A DNA stretch of 64,000 nt. Source: an uncultured delta proteobacterium. GTDB lineage: Bacteria; Desulfobacterota; Desulfobaccia; Desulfobaccales; 0-14-0-80-60-11. Below the pieces are notes generated by a model that had not been told where the DNA came from, searched no databases, and saw only the letters and a program-made list of their open reading frames with translations. The stretch covers positions 1,289 through 65,288 of the forward strand of contig CAWCKU010000027.1 in the NCBI GenBank assembly GCA_963796215.1, read 5' to 3'. Below, in pieces: positions 55,873-64,000 of the stretch. The number at the start of each line of letters is the position of its first letter. The first letter of the stretch is position 1. The translations under genes were made by a program, and so were the position numbers.

Positions 55873-56862
55873 TTCCGCTGCAGCCAGCCCATCATGGCGC
55901 GTCAGCTTCTTGCCCACCTCTTCGATGGGGTGCTGCGCTTCCTGACGCCGTAAGGCGTTGAACACCGGCCGCCTGGCCTGGTTTTCCAGGATCCATTCCT
56001 TGGCGAATTCGCCGCTCTGCACCTCATAGAGGATCTGGCGCATCTCGTCCCGGGTCTCTTCGGTGATGATGCGGTTGCCCCGGGTGTAGTCGCCGTACTC
56101 GGCGGTGTCAGACACCGAATAGCGCATATATTCGAGGCCGCCCTGATAGAAGAGGTCCACGATTAGCTTCAACTCATGGAAGCACTCGAAGTAGGCGATC
56201 TCTGGGGCATAGCCAGCCTCCACCAGGGTGTCGAAGCCGGCCTTGACCAGTTCGGAGACGCCGCCGCACAGCACCGCCTGCTCCCCGAACAGGTCGGTTT
56301 CGGTCTCTTCCCGAAAGGTGGTCTCCAAGACCCCGGCCCGGGTGGCGCCGATGCCCTTGGCATAGGCCAGGGCGGTCTTCAACGCTTTCTTCGAGGGGTT
56401 CTGCTCCACCGCCACCAGACAGGGAACGCCGGCGCCCTTCTCGTATTCGCTGCGCACCAGGTGGCCGGGGCCCTTGGGCGCCACCATGATGACGTCGATC
56501 TCGGGGCTGGGCAAGATCTGGCCGAAGTGAATGTTGAAGCCGTGGGAGAAGAGCAGCGTCTTGCCTTTGCTCATGTGCGGCTTCAGGTCGTTTTCATAGA
56601 GCATGGCCTGGACGTGGTCCTGAGTCAGGATCTGCACCACCTGGGCCTCGGCCGCGGCCTTGGAGGCCGACACCGGTTTGAAGCCGTACTTCACCGCCAG
56701 CTCATAATTGGGGGTGCCGGGCATCTCGGAGACGATAACGTCCACGCCGCTGTCCCGCAAATTCAGCGCCTGGGCGTGCCCCTGGGAGCCAAAGCCGATG
56801 ATGGCGACCTTTTTGCCCTTTAACAGCCCCAGATCCGCGTCTGCATCGTAGTACATCTTCAT
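55869..56862 (-). CDS. ilvC: ketol-acid reductoisomerase (class I), frame break in the last ~15 codons
   Basis: [44 protein letters not shown]. The corrected C-terminus reads [13 protein letters not shown]. Confidence 0.9.
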
Positions 56863-56890
56863 GGCAAATTATTCCTTTTCAAGTTGTGTC

Positions 56891-56934
56891 GGGTGCGTCT
56901 TGGGCACCAAAAACGGCGCGTGAGACGCACCTAT
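56891..56934. repeat. REP-like hairpin GGTGCGTCT ...22 nt... AGACGCACC+TAT
   Basis: Lies in the ilvN-ilvC spacer, adjacent to the heptamer repeats. Confidence 0.5.
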
Positions 56935-56937
56935 GAA

Positions 56938-56972
56938 GCTGACTGCTGAAAGTTGATAGCTGATAGCTTTGT
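56938..56972. repeat. heptamer tandem repeat GCTGACT GCTGAAA GTTGATA GCTGATA GCTTTGT
   Basis: Five 7-nt units ending 2 nt from the ilvN stop codon (56975-56977). Confidence 0.65.
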
Positions 56973-56974
56973 TA

Positions 56975-57463
56975 TTAATCCTTTTTGGTCCGCTGGATGG
57001 CCAGGGTCCCGGTGCGCACGATATCCAGGATGCCGTGCACCTTGAGGTTGTCCAATACCGCCCGCATCTTGGCATAGTTGCCGGTAATCTCCAGACTGTA
57101 GGTGGTGGGACTGACGTCCACCACCCGGCAGCGGAAGATATCGACCAGCCGCAGGATTTCAGCCCGGGAAGCGCCATCGGCCTTCACGGTCACCAGGGCC
57201 ATCTCCCGCTCCACATGCTCCACTTCACTCAGGTCCACCACTTTGATGACGTTGATGAGCTTGTGCAGTTGCTTGATGATCTGCTCGGTAATCTGCTCAT
57301 CTCCGGTGGAGACGATGGTGATGCGGGAAACCTCCGGGTCCATGGTCTCGGCCACGCACAGGGACTCGATGTTGAAGCCCCGGCCGGAAAACAGGCCGGT
57401 CACCCGGGAGAGCACTCCAGGAATATTGTCCACCCAGACTGAAATGGTATGTCTCGGCTCCAT
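56975..57463 (-). CDS. ilvN: acetolactate synthase small (regulatory) subunit
   Basis: HTISVWVDNIPGVLSRVTGLFSGRGFNIESL (ACT domain), 162 aa, directly downstream of ilvB. Confidence 0.9.
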   Translation of the reverse strand: MEPRHTISVWVDNIPGVLSRVTGLFSGRGFNIESLCVAETMDPEVSRITIVSTGDEQITEQIIKQLHKLINVIKVVDLSEVEHVEREMALVTVKADGASRAEILRLVDIFRCRVVDVSPTTYSLEITGNYAKMRAVLDNLKVHGILDIVRTGTLAIQRTKKD

Positions 57464-57472
57464 CTGTATCTC

Positions 57473-59157
<1,685 letters not shown>

Positions 59158-59161
<4 letters not shown>

Positions 59162-59394
59162 GGCATCTTTTCCTTCTGGCGATATTTGGCCAGGATCTGC
59201 TCCATCTTATCCCGGCCGGCCAGCTTCAACTTCTGCAGCCGCTTGCGCTCCAGGGTCTCCGCCGCCGTCAGGTAGGGCCGGCGGTTGAATTCAGCCACCG
59301 CCCGCTCCAACTCGAGATGTTCGTCCCAAAACTTTTTCAGTTCCGGGTCCTTGTCCGTCAATTCCTCTATCAGTTCCAGGTCTGCTCTCTCCAT
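59158..59394 (-). CDS. DUF465 (YdcH-like) small protein; its stop overlaps the ilvB start
   Basis: [36 protein letters not shown]...[17 protein letters not shown]. An alternative TTG start lies at 59436. Confidence 0.6.
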
Positions 59395-59450
59395 GCTGGT
59401 TGTCGCCCCTGCGCGTAAATTTCTCAAATATTTCAAAGAGGATATTAAAA

Positions 59451-59479
59451 TAATGGGACATCTTTGTCAATTGACGGTA
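59451..59479 (-). promoter_or_regulatory. sigma70-type promoter TTGACA-17-TAATAT for DUF465-ilvBNC
   Basis: -35 at 59474-59479 and -10 at 59451-59456 (minus strand), about 55 nt upstream of ATG 59394. Confidence 0.5.
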
Positions 59480-59514
59480 GCCTTTGAATCGGATAAAATC
59501 CCATCCCCGCTGGC

Positions 59515-59542
59515 AAAAAAAACAGGGCCGCTTGCGGCCCTG
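59515..59542 (-). terminator. strong rho-independent terminator
   Basis: CAGGGCCG-caag-CGGCCCTG followed by T8 on the minus strand. Confidence 0.8.
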
Positions 59543-59573
59543 CCTGGAAGTCTCGGGATGATGAAGGATAAGC

Positions 59574-59678
59574 CTAGGTCGAAAAAATCCCTCCCTGTCC
59601 CGAAGCCGACCGGCAGGCCGCGGCGCCTACAGCTACGCCGGCTACCAGAATTAGAGAATGATATTGATTTGCAGCCAT
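59574..59678 (-). CDS. 34-codon small ORF (hydrophobic peptide), below the ORF-track cutoff
   Basis: GGAGAAGA is followed 4 nt later by ATG 59678. MAANQYHSLILVAGVAVGAAACRSASGQGGIFST*. Bracketed by its own promoter and terminator. Confidence 0.4.
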   Translation of the reverse strand: MAANQYHSLILVAGVAVGAAACRSASGQGGIFST

Positions 59679-59706
59679 CAGGTCTTCTCCACAATTTACT
59701 TGATAT

Positions 59707-59735
59707 TAAATATCTTAGCCTGGAGATTTTGTCAA
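59707..59735 (-). promoter_or_regulatory. sigma70-type promoter TTGACA-17-TATTTA
   Basis: -35 at 59730-59735 and -10 at 59707-59712 (minus strand), about 25-30 nt upstream of the small-ORF ATG. Confidence 0.5.
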
Positions 59736-59782
59736 GATTTTGCTATTTGGAACAAGATTCCGGCGCCGCGCCATGGCGGTTC

Positions 59783-59821
59783 GAATAAAGTTAAATAAAA
59801 AAGGGCCACGCCCTCCATGGA
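59783..59821 (-). terminator. strong rho-independent terminator (13-bp stem)
   Basis: GGCCATGCCCTCC-ATGG? core: GGCCAUGCCCUCC / GGAGGGCGUGGCC on the minus-strand RNA (one G-U pair; this position would be a C-A mismatch on the plus strand), then CTTTTTTATTT. Confidence 0.75.
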
Positions 59822-60090
59822 GGGCATGGCCGCTTCACACAGCCTGGTGGGACTGCAACCCCCACATCGCGCCCCTTCTCCTCGCAGTGCTTCGGGGGGC
59901 CGGCGGCAGACTTTCCGGTCCTCAGGCTACTACCTATTAGGTAATCATCCTTTTGAGAAAATCAAGGGGCTGAAAAATTAACTTTATCACTGCCCCTAAA
60001 AGCTCATTCAAGCAGTTTCAACCAGGGCAAGGCTATTTACAGAATTGATCAAGACAGGGTGTTACCTCATTTTGGTCGAAGTCAAAGGTA

Positions 60091-60987
60091 TCACCTGGGA
60101 TAGAGAAAAGCAGCCGTAATATCTTTGGTCTGGCCGGCGGCCGGCTTGCCGGGCAATTTCAACAAGCGATCGTTCAGAGCCTGGCCGCCGGGCAGCAATT
60201 CGCCGCTGATGGTGCCCACCCTGGCGCTGGTCCAGGCCTGTTTGGGCACCCGATTCCCGTCCAGGTAGGCAAAGATCACGCCCCGGTCATTATTAAAGGC
60301 CTTATTGTTGATGGTGATCATGATTTTACGACCCGATTCGGTTTCTGGGCCGATCCTAACCTCGATCTCTTCCGGCGTCGGGTAAGGTATTCCGCTCACC
60401 TTGAAGGTTTGACCTTCTTCAACCGGTCCCAGGAGGCCCAGGCGGCAGTTATAGAAGGCGCTCAGCGGGTCGGTGATGGGGGCCTTGATGGCGGTCTCCC
60501 ATTTGCGTACCATGGCGCCCGTGCTTTCCTTTAATTGCCACAACTCCAACCGGCTTTGGTCATAGTCGAAGCGGTATTCCTTCAAGGAGCGCTTGCCCCT
60601 TTTCAGAGACTCTTCGCGGTAAATTAAGGGCACGAGCTTTCCCTGCCGCCAGATCATTTCCGTCCGGTAGCTTTCCCGACGGTCTTTGCCGGACAATACT
60701 TTGAGCATTCCCAGGGGCTCCCCGGAGATCTCTGCCTGGTAGCGTCCATCCCCCAGGCTCTTCAGGGTCAGTTGAGCCCGGGCCACATCTTTCCACAGCA
60801 GGTACTCCACCCGGAAGTGCAAGTCCTCCAGCATCTGGGCTTTGGGCACCGAGGCCGGCGTCGGGGTCCAGGGCCAGGCCAGCAGCGCCAGGGTCGCGGC
60901 CAGGGCGAAGATGACCAGCCGCAAATTTCTTTGGGGCTGCTGCCTCATCAGGCGCCCGGTTTCAGCCGGCCGCGTCGTTATTGCCAT
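60091..60987 (-). CDS. exported hypothetical protein (DUF3108-like by recollection)
   Basis: Signal anchor LRLVIFALAATLALLAWPW. 298 aa, beta-rich composition. Confidence 0.45.
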   Translation of the reverse strand: MAITTRPAETGRLMRQQPQRNLRLVIFALAATLALLAWPWTPTPASVPKAQMLEDLHFRVEYLLWKDVARAQLTLKSLGDGRYQAEISGEPLGMLKVLSGKDRRESYRTEMIWRQGKLVPLIYREESLKRGKRSLKEYRFDYDQSRLELWQLKESTGAMVRKWETAIKAPITDPLSAFYNCRLGLLGPVEEGQTFKVSGIPYPTPEEIEVRIGPETESGRKIMITINNKAFNNDRGVIFAYLDGNRVPKQAWTSARVGTISGELLPGGQALNDRLLKLPGKPAAGQTKDITAAFLYPR

Positions 60988-61089
60988 AGAATCATATTCC
61001 TTGCGTTTGTTTCGCTTGAATGGAGAGAGATCCTGGGTAGGCCCGGAAGCCCATTTTCCATAACCTCAACCACCAAGTCGGCCTCAATC

Positions 61090-61401
61090 CTAGTCTTTCT
61101 CCGGATCATTGGGGGGCGGTGGGCTCCAAACCCCGGTGGCGAAACGGCTATGCCACCACTTCATGAGGTCCTCCGAACCCTCCGGTTCCGTCAACTCAAA
61201 GCGATAGTCTTCAATGAATTGGAGTAGCCGCTGGTAGGCAAGGTTAACCTGCTGCATGCGGTCGCGAAATTCCGCTTCCTCGGAAGCCGGGGCCCGGTCG
61301 GGATGCCAGCGCCGCGCCGCCCGGCGATAAGCGGACCGGATTTCTTTGCGGCTGGCCTTGGGAGCCAGGTCCAACAAGGCTCGGGCTTCTTCTAAGGTCA
61401 T
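61090..61401 (-). CDS. J-domain protein
   Basis: KEIRSAYRRAARRWHPDR (HPD motif), QQVNLAYQRL. Confidence 0.75.
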   Translation of the reverse strand: MTLEEARALLDLAPKASRKEIRSAYRRAARRWHPDRAPASEEAEFRDRMQQVNLAYQRLLQFIEDYRFELTEPEGSEDLMKWWHSRFATGVWSPPPPNDPEKD

Positions 61402-61639
61402 GGTTTCGCCCGCGGCAGGCGCCGATTTGATTATCTACCTCAATTCACCCAATTATAACCGGGTTTCTGCCGTAGGGCAAATCAGGTTATATTGCCTGGC
61501 AAATAAACGTCGGTGAAATCCTTAGGCGGCTTGTCTTTCCGGGGCAAGCGTGTTAAGTTAATAGATAATTTGGCCTGGATGTCTGGCGGCGGACCCCTGA
61601 AATTTGACTCAAGCAGTTAATCGGCAGCAAGGATCTTAC

Positions 61640-62194
61640 ATGACTCGCAAGAAACCAACCGGCATGAGTGCGGCAGAGTTGGACCGGACCCTGGAGCGCC
61701 TCACCGACGAGATCGTCGGGCAACATCGAAATCTGGACCAGACGATCCTGGTGGGCATTCGCACCGGCGGCGCCTTTCTGGCCCAGCGTCTGGCCGACAG
61801 GATCGGCCAGCGCACCGGCAAGCCGATGCGGGTCGGGGTTCTGGATATCACCCTCTACCGGGACGATTGGACCCAACTGAGTCACAAACCCCTGGTGGGC
61901 AAGACGGAACTACCCGGCTCCATTGACGACCAGGAGGTGGTGCTGGTGGATGACGTCCTGTTCACCGGCCGCACCATCCGGGCGGCTCTGGACGCCCTCA
62001 TCGATTATGGCCGCCCTCGTCGGATCGAACTGGCGGTCCTCATTGACCGGGGCGGCCGGGAGTTGCCGATCCAGCCGGATTTCGTGGGCCAGACCGTCAA
62101 GCTTCCCCCGGGGCAGCGGGTCAACGTCTATTTTTCCGAGATGGGCCGGCTTGATGCGGTGGCCATCGAGGCGGGGCCGCCGGAAAGGCCGTAA
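61640..62194 (+). CDS. pyrR: bifunctional pyrimidine regulatory protein / uracil phosphoribosyltransferase PyrR
   Basis: LVGIRTGGAFLAQRLA, LDITLYRDD, VVLVDDVLFTGRTIRAALDAL, AVLIDRGGRELPIQPDF. Confidence 0.85.
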   Translation: MTRKKPTGMSAAELDRTLERLTDEIVGQHRNLDQTILVGIRTGGAFLAQRLADRIGQRTGKPMRVGVLDITLYRDDWTQLSHKPLVGKTELPGSIDDQEVVLVDDVLFTGRTIRAALDALIDYGRPRRIELAVLIDRGGRELPIQPDFVGQTVKLPPGQRVNVYFSEMGRLDAVAIEAGPPERP

Positions 62195-62199
62195 TTTAA

Positions 62200-62227
62200 G
62201 TTTCGAGTTTTGAGGTTTGAGTTTCGA
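62200..62227. repeat. heptamer tandem repeat GTTTCGA GTTTTGA GGTTTGA GTTTCGA
   Basis: Starts 5 nt after the pyrR stop and is followed by AAGGAGGT. Confidence 0.7.
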
Positions 62228-62277
62228 GAAAAGGAGGTAAGGTGGGCACCGTGGCCTAACTGCTGTTCATTGGCACC

Positions 62278-63540
62278 ATGCCTGTCAAAGGTTCATTAAT
62301 GGCTGCGCCCAAGACCTCTAAAACCAAGCCCAAATCAGAATTGTCTCCCCTGCCGCCTGAGGCCGCCGCCGCCCTGCAAAGCCAGGTAGCGGCGTTGGCG
62401 GCGGCTTGTGAAGCCGGCGAGGATTTGGAGAGTCTCAAACGCCTGGTCACCCCCAATCCCCAAGATCCCCAGTGGGACCTGCACCTCATGGCGTCCCTGG
62501 GAAATATCCTCCACCCGCTGGTGCCGCCCCTCCTGGCGGCCCGGTTCGGAGGCTCTCCGGACAAGGCCCGGCGCAAGGCCTTGAAGCGGGTCCTGCATCT
62601 TCTCAAGACTCGGGGCGTGCCGGTGCCCGGAGATTTATTGGCCGGGGAGGAGCCCGCCTTCGCCCCGGTGCGCCCCCCGGCCGTCAAGAGCACGATCTCT
62701 CCCATTTTGGGCAACGGCGACGCCTACCTCGTCCTGGAAGGTCCCAAGGAAATCCTGAGAGGCAACTTGCTGGTGGCCATTGTTAACGATGCCGCCGGAC
62801 TCCAGGAATGCCATCTGCTCAATCTGAAAAGCAGACAGCAGATGGAGTTCTGGGACCACTACCGGCAACATGGGCTGACGGAATGGTATCCGGTGCCCGG
62901 ACCGTACGCGGTGCGCCTCCTGGAAGAAGCCTATCAGGCGAAAACCGCGGTTGCCGCAGCCAAGAGCACCTATGGGAGCCTCCGGGAAAAAATCTGGAAA
63001 AACTGGGGCCGCCCCGAGGCCGCCCCGGACCTGGAGCAAGTCCTGCCGGTCATCGAGTCCGACGAACGGCGCCGCCTTCTGGAGCACTCCCGCCAACTGG
63101 CCATGCAACCCCTGTTCCACACCTGGATGCCGGCCCTGGAGGAGCTGACCCCCTGGGTAGATAAGCTCCAGGAAATTAAGAAGAGCCCCCTGATTCTCTC
63201 GGAGCCGCAGAAGCAGGCGCGCGGCGATGCCGTGGTCGATGAGGCCACCCTGGTTCTTTACCCTCCCGAGGCCCGGCCCTTATGGCGCCGCCGGCTTCTG
63301 GCCATGTCTTATTGCCTGGACCTGGGGCAGCACCCGGAAGAGGCTAGGATGGCCCGGGCCGCGGCGGACGACCTCGGCGATCTCGAACGCAGCGCCGTGG
63401 CCGGCGAAAACCCCTTCTTAAAGAGTCTGGTGCAGGTAGCCCTGCGCCTGGCCTGGGATCAGACCCAGAAAAGCCAGGAGGCTCAAAACGCCTCCGGATT
63501 ACTGACTTTGCCCGGCGCCCCGCACCTCACCCGGAGGTAG
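62278..63540 (+). CDS. hypothetical protein (420 aa)
   Basis: Long ORF with backbone codon usage. No motif recognised and no SD before ATG 62278. Confidence 0.5.
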   Translation: MPVKGSLMAAPKTSKTKPKSELSPLPPEAAAALQSQVAALAAACEAGEDLESLKRLVTPNPQDPQWDLHLMASLGNILHPLVPPLLAARFGGSPDKARRKALKRVLHLLKTRGVPVPGDLLAGEEPAFAPVRPPAVKSTISPILGNGDAYLVLEGPKEILRGNLLVAIVNDAAGLQECHLLNLKSRQQMEFWDHYRQHGLTEWYPVPGPYAVRLLEEAYQAKTAVAAAKSTYGSLREKIWKNWGRPEAAPDLEQVLPVIESDERRRLLEHSRQLAMQPLFHTWMPALEELTPWVDKLQEIKKSPLILSEPQKQARGDAVVDEATLVLYPPEARPLWRRRLLAMSYCLDLGQHPEEARMARAAADDLGDLERSAVAGENPFLKSLVQVALRLAWDQTQKSQEAQNASGLLTLPGAPHLTRR

Positions 63541-63542
63541 TC

Positions 63543-63941
63543 ATGTTTAACACCTTGACGGTGCGCACCAGCAGCCGCACCGAATTTCTGGACCTGACCG
63601 GCCAAATTCAGGCAGCCGTGCGGGAGAGCGGCGTCCAGGAAGGTTTGTGCCATCTCTTCGTGCCCCACACCACCGCCGCGGTAACCATCAACGAAAACGC
63701 CGATCCGAGCGTCCGGGTCGACATTCTGATGGTTCTGAACCAGATTATTAGCGATAAGGAGGCTTACCGGCATCTGGAAGGAAATTCCCCGGCCCATATC
63801 AAGGCCTCCCTGATCGGCCCGCAGCTCACCCTGCTGGTCAGCGGCGGGCGCCTGGTGCTGGGAACCTGGCAGGGCATCTATTTCTGTGAATTCGACGGAC
63901 CCCGTTCCCGGCGTCTTCACCTCAAGGTCGTGGCAGATTGA
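63543..63941 (+). CDS. yjbQ: YjbQ/UPF0047 family protein (secondary thiamine-phosphate synthase-like)
   Basis: GLCHLFVPHTTAAVTINENADPSV, GNSPAHIKASLIG, LGTWQGIYFCEFDGPR. Confidence 0.8.
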   Translation: MFNTLTVRTSSRTEFLDLTGQIQAAVRESGVQEGLCHLFVPHTTAAVTINENADPSVRVDILMVLNQIISDKEAYRHLEGNSPAHIKASLIGPQLTLLVSGGRLVLGTWQGIYFCEFDGPRSRRLHLKVVAD

Positions 63942-64000
63942 TGGGACCGAGGAAGAAATTCTTTGCCGAAGTGCGGCTAAACGGCCACCAGTTGGCCGAC
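63941..64000 (+). CDS. 5' end of an unidentified ORF running off the window
   Basis: ATG overlaps the yjbQ stop (TGATG). MGPRKKFFAEVRLNGHQLAD. Confidence 0.3.
   Translation, partial: MGPRKKFFAEVRLNGHQLAD

Noticed and set aside
59822-60090. Known RNAs (SRP, RNase P, 6S, tmRNA) in the unexplained stretch
   Set aside because: GGACCGGAAAGUCU superficially resembles the SRP GGAA loop and the RNase P GGAAAGUC box. However, the flanking conserved motifs (AGCAGCC, ACCAGGUCAGG, the tmRNA acceptor/T-arm) are absent and the size does not fit.
61402-61640. PyrR-binding attenuator upstream of pyrR
   Set aside because: I found no ARUCCAGAGAGGYU-like loop or terminator/antiterminator pair.

Overview
The window is a mosaic, and I saw no rRNA, tRNA or CRISPR array.

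(1) 1-5.1 kb is a very GC-rich block. Individual 60-nt lines count about 40-45 G+C, and third codon positions are almost all G/C. It carries a broken secreted glycoside hydrolase, a GT4-like glycosyltransferase and a TetR + ABC-2 exporter operon.

(2) 5.1-64 kb is a roughly 60% GC backbone. Its housekeeping genes are arranged in a way I associate, with low confidence, with anaerobic Desulfobacterota (Geobacter/Syntrophobacter-type). The genes are rlmI, waaA, carA ... carB, purF, gltX, prfA-prmC, leuC, leuA, pssA, psd, ilvC, ilvN, ilvB and pyrR. The backbone also holds two PAS histidine kinases, a ChlI-ChlD fusion and several envelope enzymes: a GH24 lysozyme, an SLT transglycosylase with five DUF4124-like repeats, and a UshA-like nucleotidase.

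(3) Accessory, mostly low-GC islets:
- vapBC.
- Three SGNH/GDSL hydrolase genes inserted into the carA-carB and pssA-leuA junctions.
- A 927-bp IS5-family element with a TAA target duplication, flanked by paralogous mini-lipoprotein genes.
- A 211-bp inverted-repeat element between prfA and prmC.

About 25-30 genes need 1-nt frame corrections, and where I could localise them they sit at homopolymers. Most frameshifts are therefore probably consensus errors, not pseudogenes. Coordinates of broken genes are joined extents.

I found no compact multi-gene system that I can call novel. The most interesting signals are non-coding:
- A Leu-rich 22-codon uORF plus hairpin upstream of leuA.
- A self-contained promoter / 34-codon ORF / terminator unit upstream of the ilv operon.
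- Heptanucleotide tandem repeats at four operon junctions.
- Two families of GC-rich REP-like hairpins.
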